Source of the DNA: Narcine bancroftii
Lineage: Eukaryota
Direction of reading: 5' to 3'
DNA length: 64,000 nucleotides
Assembly: GCF_036971445.1 (NCBI RefSeq)
Contig: NC_091471.1
Span: 259,966,001-260,030,000 of the forward strand
Positions 51,870 through 63,754 of this stretch are shown here, piece by piece. Below the pieces are notes generated by a model, which saw only the letters and a program-made list of their open reading frames with translations, was not told the origin of the DNA and made no database searches. Both the position numbers and the translations under genes were made by a program. How positions within the stretch are numbered: position 1 is the first letter of the stretch; each line of letters starts with the position of its first letter.

Positions 51870-52070
51870 AATTTAGACATACAGCATGGCAACAGGCCCA
51901 CGTGTCTGTGACATCCAGTTGACCTATAACCCCCTTGTGCGTTTCGAACACTGGGAGGAAACCACAGCCCTGGAGAACACACAGCAGACATGGGGAAAGC
52001 ATACAAACTCCTTACAGACAGCAAGGGATTCGAACCCGATCACTGGCGCTGTAACAGCACTGCGCTTACC
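51870..52070 (-). mobile_element. V-SINE (HE1-like)
   Basis: Same core as 2250-2465; B-box-like GGTTCGAATCC on the minus strand. Confidence 0.75.
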
Positions 52071-53164
52071 ATTATGTGAGGTGAAAAGAAAACAGGGATT
52101 TTACTTCAATGTGCTGTTTCTCTCATGGGGGCTACAGGTCCTGCGTTGATATTGTCTGCTCCAGACTGTTCCTTGGTCTTCTCCTAACCCCCTCCCCCCC
52201 CCCCCCCCCCCGCCACAATACAAGTTAAAATTTCACAAAACAATGTATCATTACCCAATTTGAAATCTCAAATGCCCAGAAGGCACAGCAGACATAACCA
52301 TGTTCACCAACCACTGAAGACATGCATGCAAGGACCTGACTCAAGGCAGCAGCCATCCTCACAAAAGACAGCCATAACCCTGGCCACAATCTCTTCTCAT
52401 TGTTACTATCAGTCAGATGTAAAGAAGCTTGGTCTGCCACCTCTAGCTTCAAGAACAGTACCCCCTAAAATAAAAAATTTAAAAAAAACAGTACCCCCTC
52501 GCCCCACTGCCCAACAGCTATTAGGGTCTTGAACCTCCTCAAACTGCCTTAACCACAACACCTCTTCAAGACTGCAAAAGATCTGTCTGCACCACTGACA
52601 ATGCACCATGAGCCAACTGTGAATATTTATCTACTTTTTTTCTTTTATACAACTTGGGTGATACTTAAATTGTTGGTGTTTTATGCACCTGGGAAGTTGC
52701 GGCAAGTGGTGATAGGTTGCACCTGCACATTGTATTCATGTACGACAACAAACACCATTTAATTACTCTTCCCCAAGTGTTCTCTCACAGACAGTTGATC
52801 CCTTCTCCATTCACAGAGCAATCACCCCCCCTCACATTAACTCTTGCCTGTGGGCCTGTGCCCCTCCTCCCCCATTTTATTCAGATGCCTGCCTACATTT
52901 TGCTTGCACCTTGACAAAGGCCTCAAGCCCAAAAACGTTGGTTATGTATCTTTATCTTTGCTAATATAAAGTACACCCTTTGACCGGCTGAGTTTCTCCA
53001 GCGTTGTGTTTTTACTTCCATCACTGGGTCTGCAGACTTCTTTGTTTCCACACCAGATGCTTTTTTTTTTTGAACAGAACTGACAGCATAATGGTGAAAA
53101 GAAATTCTGAATGATTCCAGAAATCACTCGCTTTTTTCCTTAACACTTGTAACAGCACACTCAC

Positions 53165-53299
53165 CTAATAATCTCTGAATATTCTCTATCCTTTCCTTTG
53201 CTGTCTCGCCATTTTCGGAACATCACTGAAGCATCCACATTAGCAGGAGAAAAGGTGTTTGGCTCATTCAGAAGGGAAATGACACTGAGGAGAATTGTC
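53165..53299 (-). CDS. UBE2R2: UBE2R2/CDC34-family E2, exon 4
   Basis: TILLSVISLLNEPNTFSPANVDASVMFRKWRDSKGKDREYSEIIR; CAG/GTGAGT; 135 bp. Confidence 0.95.
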
Positions 53300-53440
53300 C
53301 TGCATCGGAAACCCAGGAAGAGAGTTACAGACAGCCGGAGACACTTACACTTGAATGCATGCAAGTACTCAGAAAAGAACAGACAAACAGCACAGGCTGG
53401 AAACAAAACCCCAACACCTGTGCTGCCCAGATGCCTGTAC

Positions 53441-53538
53441 CTGACATTCTGTGTGGGATTCCATCTCTCAGAGGGCAATTCTCCACTCTGGGGGTCATCG
53501 ACGGGTGGATGCAGAATTGAAATGCACACATCCCCATT
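53441..53538 (-). CDS. UBE2R2: UBE2R2/CDC34-family E2, exon 3 (catalytic Cys and acidic loop)
   Basis: NGDVCISILHPPVDDPQSGELPSERWNPTQNVR; CAG/GTACAG; 98 bp. Confidence 0.95.
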
Positions 53539-54319
53539 CTGCAGGAAAAAGGAGTGAAATTGACCCCTTAAATAGTTTGTCCGAAGCCAAAACATAATGG
53601 CCGTCTTCCTGCACCCTGATCATTACACATGACGGTGAAACCCAATTTTCTAATTGAAGCTAGTACTTCTATTGCCCGATTCCTACCATGCCAGTTTCAG
53701 CCTCAGCATGCCTCATCTACGTTGCACTCCAGAACAAAAAAAGCACACTCCCAACAAAACCCTGATTTTGCCCAGACCTGGGAACATATCCTCCCAACCT
53801 CAAAACCGAAAGTATATAGTCTCCGACATACCTGTGAAAATATTCTCAAAGGCCAGCAATGCAGGTACAAACCGTGGTTAAGGTCGAAAAGAGGATACTG
53901 ACTTTTGTTAGCTTAAAAGAGGGAGATCATGGTACAACTGTATAAACCCTTAGTTAAGTCACAGTCAGAATATTGTGTTCAATTATAGCAAGAGGGGAAG
54001 ATTCACCAGGATGTTGCTGGAAATGGAGCATTTCAGCTCTCAGAGTTGGGTAGGCTAGAGTTTCTTTCTTTAAAGCAACAAAGGCTGTCTGAACAAGGAA
54101 TACAAAATTCAGATGGATAGTGAAAAATTCTTTCCCTTAACATTGTTTTTAGGCAAGAGGTAAAGGATTTGAGGATTGCTTTCCCCCCAGCCAGTTGAAA
54201 CCTGACAGCAAACAGCGAGGGGCAGCAGCCTACAAGGGAGCAACGGAACATTACAGGGCACCCAAAACGGGGAGAACAACCCCTGTTGAGAACGAGAAGC
54301 CAAAACGTATTCTTTACTT

Positions 54320-54738
54320 CAGGCAGGAACCCCTAAAGAAGGGGCTTGATAAATCAAGACAAAGGTGGGAATCAGATTTGGGTATAGAATTTGATCCATT
54401 TTGCTTGCCCGACCAATGTTTTCAATGCGGTCAAGAAATAGGTATTTTCTTGCATTCATCCTGGTCATGTCCTAAAGTGAAGCCTTCCTGGGAAGATTTG
54501 GATAATCTCCTGGAAAAGAATTTACTGGAATTCAATACCCTCAGACTCCTGAATTATTTTTATTGGGGAATTTAGAAGACGCAAGACCTAAAATGAGGCT
54601 GTCAAAATAAAATTCGTTAAGCTGGCTTTAGCAGTGGCCAGGAAATGCATAGCAGTTACTTGGAAATCTGATTCCCAACTAGGTTTAGCCGACTGGAATA
54701 TAGAAATGCATCATTGTGTTCCCCTGAAGAAGACCACC
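54320..54738 (+). mobile_element. L1-like LINE ORF2 C-terminal remnant
   Basis: WESDLG...CFQCGQEIG.FLHSSWSCPKVKPSW (CCHC-type); LAVARKCIAVTWK. Confidence 0.75.
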
Positions 54739-54739
54739 T

Positions 54740-55530
54740 CTTTGCTTGGCTTCGCGGACGAAGATTTATGGAGGGGGTAAAAAGTCCACGTCAGCTGCAG
54801 GCTCGTTTGTGGCTGACAAGTCCGATGCGGGACAGGCAGACACGATTGCAGCGGTTGCAGGGGAAAATTGGTTGGTTGGGGTTGGGTGTTGGGTTTTTCC
54901 TCCTTTGCCTTTTGTCAGTGAGGTGGGCTCTGCGGTCTTCTTCAAAGGAGGTTGCTGCCCGCCAAACTGTGAGGCGCCAAGATGCACGGTTTGAGGCGTT
55001 ATCAGCCCACTGGCGGTGGTCAATGTGGCAGGCACCAAGAGATTTCTTTAGGCAGTCCTTGTACCTTTTCTTTGGTGCACCTCTGTCACGGTGGCCAGTG
55101 GAGAGCTCGCCATATAACACGATCTTGGGAAGGCGATGGTCCTCCATTCTGGAGACGTGACCCATCCAGCGCAGCTGGATCTTCAGCAGCGTGGACTCGA
55201 TGCTGTCGACCTCTGCCATCTCGAGTACTTCGACGTTAGGGATGTAAGCGCTCCAATGGATGTTGAGGATGGAGCGGAGACAACGCTGGTGGAAGCGTTC
55301 TAGGAGCCGTAGGTGGTGCCGGTAGAGGACCCATGATTCGGAGCCGAACAGGAGTGTGGGTATGACAACGGCTCTGTATACGCTTATCTTTGTGAGGTTT
55401 TTCAGTTGGTTGTTTTTCCAGACTCTTTTGTGTAGTCTTCCAAAGGCGCTATTTGCCTTGGCGAGTCTGTTGTCTATCTCATTGTCGATCCTTGCATCTG
55501 ATGAAATGGTGCAGCCGAGATAGGTAAACT
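54740..55530 (-). mobile_element. RTE-clade LINE 3' fragment (longest copy here)
   Basis: Continuous RTE-type sequence FTYLGCTISSDARIDNEIDNRLAKANSAFGRL...QLRWMGHVSRMEDHRLPK...CNRCNRVCLSRIGLVSHKRAC. Confidence 0.93.
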
Positions 55531-57092
55531 CAGAAACAGGTAGGATGTATTTTCAAGAATATCGAATTCATACCCAAGGTACATCAGGGTAAATCTTTAA
55601 CGATTCCCCCCCCACCCCCTCAGCCCCCCCACTCCTGTCTCTCCCCGCCCCTGGATGCAATTATTGGTACTATCACTGTGAAAAAAACTGCACAAAAACT
55701 TGCATTGTGTATGGGCGCAGACTTGCTGTAGTTCCAGAATGTGAAGTGATTAGCATGGAATTACTCAAAGATCTACGCAAAACGAGGCGTGGTAAAAAGT
55801 AGCAACCATTTTATTTTCTAACTTGCATTTTTTAATGTAGCTTCATATTGGGGAAGTTCGTCATATGGACATTTTTCTTGAAACCACTCCACTGTAATAT
55901 GGATGTTGTCTGTTCTGTAATTAAGCTGGGGAAGGTCTATAGATTCTCCCATGCATATATATCTATTCGTAACAGCACACCTGTCAACACCAATGGCATC
56001 ACGAAGAAAGCCTCTACTTCCTCAGGAGTTTGCGGAGGAGCTAGTGGAGTTGTTCAAGTGAACCGGTACGGACTTGAAGGGCCGACATGGCCTGTTTCCG
56101 TGCTGTAAACGGTTATAAGTCAGTTTATTTGACCCTTGATGGGAGTAGGGTTTATCCAAAGTGAAGCTTTTTGCTATTCTTTCTCTTTTCTTTTTCTTCT
56201 TGTTTTTTTGGGGGGGTGGGGGGGGGGTGTTCCTCTTATTTTGTTCTTCTTTCTCGCTATTATCTTTGGATCAACATGGACTTTGAAAGTCAGCTCTGAT
56301 GGTGAACGGATCTGTATGTATGGAAGGGGTGGAGGGAGGGAGGGACAGTTTTGTATTTTGTGAGAAAAAGTTTAATATATTGTATATTTAAAATGTCACT
56401 ATGTATATAACTTTTGAAAAAATAACAAAAAAACATGGCCATTGAATTTGCATTTTTGTTACATTATTGTAATTTTTCTTTCTTTATAATAATTGAATCA
56501 CACATTAATTATTTTTCTCTCCCCTTCTTCAATGTCGACAAGCAGGTCGATGTTTGTATTTTTTTGTTAATATTATCGATATTGATGTTTTTCTTTTTGA
56601 TTATTCTTTGTCTTGACGACATTGAAAATTCTCAAAACAAAATATTCAAAAAAGGAGGCAGTGGTGACGCCCCCACAGGACAGTGACGACGGCAGCGGAC
56701 CAGCAAAATGCTCAGAGGCTGAAGGTCCCAGACTGACAGACAAAAGTTGGAAGCACATCATGTACATTACATTCTACTTGACAATAAAGGGAGTCTTTGA
56801 ACCTGGAATATACTCCCTGATGAAATGGGAGATGCAGATTCTCTCGCAACATTTAGCAAGTACTAAAGTAAGCAATGGCATTAAAAGGCAACTGACCAAG
56901 TGTAGGGAAATTACTGACCTAACTAAACAGAGAACCAAAAGGCCAATTTCTGTGGTACCTGATCGACTGTCCTGCCCTCAAGTTCTCTACGCCAAGGTCC
57001 CCTTGCTCCACACTGTCCCCCAACGCTTCTAGAACAATACCCCACCCTCGATGTGTGCACGCATTCATTTCCCCCCCCCCCTCAAATCTTAC

Positions 57093-57179
57093 CTCATAGA
57101 TATTCGGATGCCACATCTTGGTGAGGAACCGGAATGATGGCGGAGAGTAGGGATAATCCATGGGGAACATCAGCTGAGC
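57093..57179 (-). CDS. UBE2R2: UBE2R2/CDC34-family E2, exon 2 (HPN motif)
   Basis: AQLMFPMDYPYSPPSFRFLTKMWHPNIYE; CAG/GTAAGA; 87 bp. Confidence 0.95.
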
Positions 57180-57479
57180 CTGGCAGGAAGGAAGCAAAAA
57201 GTCAAAGGGCCGAGAGCAGAAGCCCCAGATTCAACCCTGAACCAAGTCACTTAGTTTGACCAGCCTCAAAATATCCTTGGGTCACATTGGCTGCCAAGAT
57301 TCATGCACGAGCTGCAGAATGCTCGACCTCACCCCTCAATATGGTAGATCTATCACTATTGTATGGACAGTACTGAAGGTTGCACCGTACCAGAATCCAT
57401 CAGGAGCAGGCTATCAGATTGAAATGTATTAAGACAGTCTGCAGTGATCCAACCAACCTTGTGTGAGTGTTGAAGAATG

Positions 57480-57865
57480 CCATTGGAGAGCAGCAGCAAT
57501 CATCAAGGATCCACACCACCCAGCAGATGCTCTGTTCGCGCTGCTGCCATCAGGATAGAGGTATAGGTGTCACAAGGTTCAGGAACACCTGCTACCCCTC
57601 CACCATCAGACTCCTTGACAATAAACTCAAAACCTGCTACACCTCCACCATCAACAATAAACTCAATCAGGGACTCATTTAAGGACTTTTATTTGTGCAC
57701 TATTTTTTTACCCCTCCCTGTATTGCACAATTTGTCTACATGCGTACTTCAGGTCCAGTTTTTTTTTTTGCGTCACCAATAAGTGGTAATTCTGCCACAA
57801 CCGCAGAAAAAGGAATCTCAGGGTTGTATGTGATGTCATGTATATACTGACAATAAATGTGAACT
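57480..57865 (+). mobile_element. Rex1/Babar-like LINE 3' fragment
   Basis: AAAIIKDPHHPA..; TRFRNTCYPSTIRLL. Confidence 0.8.
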
Positions 57866-60139
57866 TTGGCATGCCAGTGAACTGAACCCAAATAGTATGA
57901 ACCCAGGGTGTGCAAGGCACTGTAATGTGAGGGAATCAAGAGGGGCAATTTACAATCCCAACTTTTAAAATATTCACTTAATCCCTCCACCTCCAGGTAA
58001 AACAGATTAGGGTTTCAATCCATAGGATGACGGTAACCAGGGACACACTGGTCTTTCTTTTGCACCTCCATCTCATGGCACAATTACCAGCAACAGACCT
58101 GCCAAATTACCGAGTTCAACCCACAAGTACTTGGCGGTGTGAAAGGGGCTAATTAGAACACTGCAAGTATTCCTCACTAGCTATGCATGTGAGCCTGCAG
58201 CTCAGAAGATGTGTAATTACCAGTAGTGCATTCCATATTTAATTGTTCAGAGTTACCCGACACCACCAGCAAAGATCCTTCAATAATCCTGCTTGGGTTA
58301 TGAGAACGACAATTCAGTTAGTGGGAAATATTCAGCTAGCTATGACAATGCACTTGAATTGATGCTCGATCCTTTTTGAGTAAATATGGCTCAGGAGATA
58401 ATCAATCAGCATTAAAGTGGACCCCACCAGAATGGCTTCCAATGCTACTAAACATCATCCCATGTTCACCTCCATTCAGATGATGTAACCAAATAAGGTC
58501 AATTCCAGCCCCCCACTCCCAGCCCCAAATGGGTTAGGCTTCACTTGAAATCGACAAGGCAATAAATGGGATGAAGATTGGCTTGAAAACACTGTCCAAA
58601 GCAAGCGATCGTTTCCAGAACCAAAACTTGGCTTTACCAGTCTTAAAGAGGATGGTAGCTCCAAGTGGATCAGAATATGGACAGTGTGGCTGCTTAACAC
58701 ATTAGTTGTAAATCAATTCCTCCTCTGCTCACAGATGTGAAAATCAGGGTCAAACAATGGCCCATAGCCCCAAACCCCACCCTTGATGCAAGCACAGAGA
58801 TATCTTTTTTTTTTTAAAAACTTTATTTAATCACAGAGATATCTTTGAAATAAACTTATTCCAAAAGAATACACGACAGGTTACAAAGTTCAATTTACTA
58901 ATGCTGCTCAGCAAGAAGTAATGAAGTGTGTCAGAAACTGACACCAAGATATTCAATGAAAATAAGATTGGATGACCAAAGGCACTTCAAAGTCAAAGAC
59001 AATGTCTTGAGTAAATGAGGTTGAAAAAATACTCCTCAAGGGTTCAAGCTGGTAAAAAAAAACACAGAAATGCTGGAAGAACACGGCCAGTCTCCACCGT
59101 CGATATTTCAGGCCTAAGCCATTCTTCAAAGTACAAGCTTGCCGAAACAGTTACTCAAGACTAGATTTATAGAGATGAGAAAAGACAAGCAGAAAAAATA
59201 CAAAATTACAGAACTGCTTTAGGATGTCAGCAAATGGTCACCCTGCCATTATCCCCAAGACCTGATTCATTTCAGAGTGGTTACAACCTTGTTGATTGTC
59301 AGTCACCGAAGCCTGCAGCTAATACAAAGGTCTCAGCACCCACACCTTAACCGAGCTGGAATGATAGCAGGTGATTGACAGCAAACTCACTGTGAACCAA
59401 GATAGTTTCAGGGAGCTGTTCCCCCGGGCCAAAGCTTCAGCTTATGCTGTGACTGAAGGGTATATGCATCGGGTTTCGTACGATCTACACATAATTGTTA
59501 AACCTTTTCTCTCATATTTATGGGGAATTGAAGAAGATTTTAAACTGTATCCAGAGGAAAAAAAGGAAATACAAAGAATTGCTAGAGGAACTCAACAGGT
59601 CAGACAGGATCCCTATGGGCAGATTTGGGGCTTGAACTCTATCGAAACAAGAGGGAAGGGGCACAGGGGAAAGAAGCAGGGGAGGGGAACAGAGAAGATA
59701 GGACAGAAGGTATCAGGTGTGGAGACTGGTAGAGGGGGAAATGGAAAAGGGTGGAAGACAAGAGACAGGGAAATTAAGTACAGGATTAGGTAAAGAGATG
59801 AAAACAGTGGAATCATATAAAAGAGGGTTAACTCAAGTTATTTACATGCTCATGCCATGAGGTTTTAGGCTGTACTGGCGGAATGTGTGTTGTTCCTCAA
59901 GTTTACATTTGGACTCCCCCTAATGATGGATGAAGCCAATAACTAACATGTTGTTACAGGAATAGTTGAGAGAGTTAAAACAGTTGGCTGCAGGAAGCTC
60001 ACAAATCAAATTCAAGTGGAAGATGTGCACATGAAGGCTCTGCCTGATCTGCAATGTCTGTTTGTGGCACTGGATGGAGGTAAGGGCGGAGATGCAGGAA
60101 GGAGTTACAAGGGACCCCTGCAGATCGGAGTAAGTGGCC

Positions 60140-60890
60140 AGGAAGATTCCAGTGCTCTCTACAAATGTGCAGATGACCCCACGGTTGTCGGCAGAATCAC
60201 AAGCAGCAATGAGGAAGCCGACAGGAGGGAGAGAGATCACCTTGTTGAGTCATCCAACAATCTTGCGCTCAACTCGGCAAAACCAAGGAGATAATTTGCA
60301 CTTCAGGAGGAAGTAAAATTCCTGGGTATTAATATCTCTGAGGATCTGTCCTGGAGCCTCCACGTAGATTCAATCATGAAGAAGGCTTGCCAGCGGCTAT
60401 ACTTTGTCAAGTGCTTGAGGAGATTCAATATGTCACCAAAGACTCTCAAAACCTTCTAAGGTGTACCATGGAAAGCATTCTGGCTGGTTGCCAACTCTCA
60501 AGACAAGAAAAATACTCCAGAGGGTTGTTAATTCGGCCTGCAACGTGACAGGCACCAGCCTTCACTCAAGGACATCTGCATGTGGCGGTGTCTTAATAAA
60601 GCAGCCTCTACCCTCAAAGACCCTCATCACCCAGGTCATACCCTCTTCACTCTACTACCATCGTGGAAAAGATACAGGAGCCTAAAGACAAGCACTCAAC
60701 AGCACAAGGACGGCTTCTTCCCCACTGCCATCAGATTCCTGAATAATCAATGAACCGAAGACTCTGCCTCACTTTTCATGCGCCATTTTGTTTGTTTTTA
60801 ATTTGTTGTGGTAAAAGTGGTAATATGAATGTTTACACTGTGATGCTGCCGCATAACACCAAATTCTGTAACTTGCTCATAATAAATTCT
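60140..60890 (+). mobile_element. Rex1/Babar-like LINE fragment
   Basis: YKCADDPTVVGRITSSNEE..R; KKACQRLYFV; FFPTAIRFLN. Confidence 0.8.
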
Positions 60891-61469
60891 GAATGATTTG
60901 CAAATTAACCTGCTGACCCCTCGAGCTTCTCACTGTTTCCTACCGGCCACTAGTTAGCAATTCCCAAGTGCTCCCAAACCCTAAAGTAAAAGAGAATCGA
61001 GGGGAACTATTCAAGCAGAACCTCCCAGTGATACCCAACCTCCAAAAGGAAGAGGGGACACTCTTGATTTCCTTCCAGGGACAGCACTTCGACCCAATCT
61101 CACCCTAAACTCCCTGGACACGTCCCCAAACCCACTCCATCGCCCCTTATTAACTGGGTCAAAGCCATCATCAAGGATCCACACCACCCGCCACCCAAGC
61201 TCTGTTGTTACTGCTACCATCAGCAAAGAGATATTGCCGCCACAAGACTCGGACTACCAGTTCAGGAATAGCTGCTACCCCTCCACCATCAGACTCCTCA
61301 ATGACAAACTCAATCAGGGACTCATTTAAGAATTCTTCCTTTCACATTTTATTTCCTCTGTTTTGCAGTTAGTTTATCTTCCTTTATTTGTTTGTATGTT
61401 GTGTACATTTTATTTGTATTACTAATAAATGGCAATTCTGCCTCACCCACAGGATAAAGAATCTCAGGA

Positions 61470-62020
61470 ATAAAACGTACAAGTCTCCAGACACTGTGGT
61501 TGAAGTACAAACACAAAGCTGGACATACTCAACAGAAACAGTGTCCTTTATAAAGCAAAGATAAGGATACATAATCAATGATTCGGGCTTGAGCCCTTCA
61601 TCAAGATATGGAAAAACGTTGTCAGGCAACTGAACAAAACGGTAGGGAGGAGGAGTATGGTGAGGAACAAGGTCCCAAAGGCAGCAGGTAATAGGTGGAT
61701 AGGGGAGGGAGGGCGGGCACCAGCAAGCAGGGGGAGGAGGGATGGCTGTGAATGGAGAGGGAAGGGGCAGAGAGCCATGGGAAGGGAGGGAGAATGGAGA
61801 GTAGGTTAGGAGAAACGGGAGAAGTCAATCTATCTGGAGAGTGCCCAGACGGAAAATCAGGTGTTGTTCCTCCAATTTAAGGGTGGTCTTGGTGTGATAG
61901 TACACGAGGTTATGGACAGATATGAGTGGGGCACAGAATTGAAATTGTTGGACACTGGGAGATCCCTATCACTGATGCAGACAGAGGTGCTCAGCGAAGC
62001 GATCTCCCAGCCTGCGGCCA
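61470..62020 (-). mobile_element. Penelope-like fragment inserted into a Rex1-like tail
   Basis: DLPVSNNFNSVPHS..; KLEEQHLIFRLGTLQ; the Rex tail AATCTCAGG (61461-61469) resumes as AACTCAGGGTTGTATG at ~62095. Confidence 0.75.
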
Positions 62021-62198
62021 GAAGAGACCCGAAAGGGAGCACCGGATGCACAAGATAAAAGAGATAAAGATGCAGTCGATAAAAAGATACAAGAAACTCA
62101 GGGTTGTATGTACTCTGTCAATAAATCTGAGATCTATCCCCACCCAAGCACCGGGTCCCTGGGTTGTTTAGTGCCCACCGTTGCCCCCGTGGCCTTAC

Positions 62199-62375
62199 CT
62201 TGAAGTAGCCACCCTCATAGTGCGTGTTGGGCGGCCCGAAGATTGCCACCTCCCAGTTGTACAGGTCAGACTCGTCGACCAGGGTAATGCGGAAACCTTC
62301 GACCGGCTCCTCCTGCAGGCTCTTCAGCTCCAACATCAGCGCCTTCTGGGAGCTGCTGGTCTGCTGATGAGCCAT
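62199..62375 (-). CDS. UBE2R2: UBE2R2/CDC34-family E2, exon 1
   Basis: MAHQQTSSSQKALMLELKSLQEEPVEGFRITLVDESDLYNWEVAIFGPPNTHYEGGYFK; GTAAGG donor; the five exons sum to 714 bp (237 aa plus stop). Confidence 0.95.
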
Positions 62376-62880
62376 GACCACCCGGGGCCGGGGCCCGGCG
62401 CCGCCGGGGAGGGGTGGGGGGAGCGCAAAGCCGCGGCCACTTAGAGGCAGGCCTCGAGGCCGGGAACAGGGAGCGTCGGTGTGTGAGCCGCTACAGAGTC
62501 ACTGCGAGGCCGCGGGTCAGGCCCTTCACCCCGGACGTCAAATGGCTGCAGGCCGCAGATGAGGCCCCTTTCAGCCCCCACTGTGGAGTCGCGCTGAGGC
62601 CGCTGCCTGGGTACAATGCCCCGTGACCTGCAGCGACCAATCGGGACGAAGTAGCAAATCATAATGTGTCCAATCACAGACTAGCACCGCGCGGAGCCAA
62701 TCAGTGAGCAGAATAATAACTGTATCAAATCAGAAAGGCCACTCGTCCAATCGAAGGGTGGGCAACAACACTGTCATTTGTTCCCTAGCGAATCAAATGG
62801 CGGGGGCCGCGTTGGCAACCAATCAGCATCAGGGTCTCAAGTAACTATTCCGAAGCGCGTGGTTTATCCTGGGATATGGA
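62376..62880 (-). promoter_or_regulatory. CpG-rich promoter/5' UTR of the UBE2R gene
   Basis: CCAAT at 62637, 62670, 62697, 62747 and 62819; GACGTCA CRE-like site ~62534; AAATGGCGG YY1-like site ~62795; GTTGGCAAC RFX-like site 62811. Confidence 0.75.
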
Positions 62881-63313
62881 GTTTATTGCTAAACGAAAAG
62901 GATATTTTGCGAGTGGTGGAAATAAAAATGAAGATTGAAAATATTCCGGTTATGCAGTATAATTGGACAAAGAAGCAGAGTGACCGATCAGAACTGGAGG
63001 AATTGACCCAATCCATTTGACTGTCGGTTCTTTGAAAGAACCATGCAATTACTTGTACTTCCGTACTGTTCCCTATTTAGTCCTGCTAAACTTTTACAGA
63101 ACAGAGTGGGGGGGGGGGGGGGGGGAAGCACCAAACGTATTGGGTCTGGATGTTAACTGTTTCCGTTTACACAGATGTTGAACGATCCGCTGAGTATTTC
63201 CAATATCTTCTGTTTTTGTTCTATAGTTGTAGATTTTTTTTGTTCAGATTCTATAATTTATTTATTTGTGTGTGTATAATATATATTTGTGTGTGTATAA
63301 TATATATATATGA

Positions 63314-63754
63314 CTGCGCTGGATGGGTCACGTCTCCAGAATGGAGGACCATCGCCTTCCCAAGATCGTGTTATATGGCGAGCTCTCCACTGGCCACCGT
63401 GACAGAGGTGCACCAAAGAAAAGGTACAAGGACTGCCTAAAGAAATCTCTTGGTGCCTGCCACATTGACCACCGCCAGTGGGCTGATATCGCCTCAAACC
63501 GTGCATCTTGGCGCCTCACAGTTTGGCGGGCAGCAACCTCCTTTGAAGAAGACCGCAGAGCCTACCTCACTGACAAAAGGCAAAGGAGGAAAAACCCAAC
63601 ACCCAACCCCAACCCACCAATTTTCCCCTGCAACCGCTGCAATCTTGTCTGCCTGTCCCGCATCGGACTTGTCAGCCACAAACGAGCCTGCAGCTGACGT
63701 GGACTTTTTACCCCCTCCATAAATCTTCGTCCGCGAAGCCAAGCCAAAGAAAGA
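63314..63754 (+). mobile_element. RTE-clade LINE 3' fragment with TSD
   Basis: LRWMGHVSRMEDHRLPK...SHKRACS*; AAG-rich tail; TSD ATATATATGA at 63304-63313 and 63755-63764. Confidence 0.93.

Noticed and set aside
51990-52070. tRNA-like box B sequence
   Set aside because: It is the head of a tRNA-derived SINE, not a full cloverleaf tRNA gene
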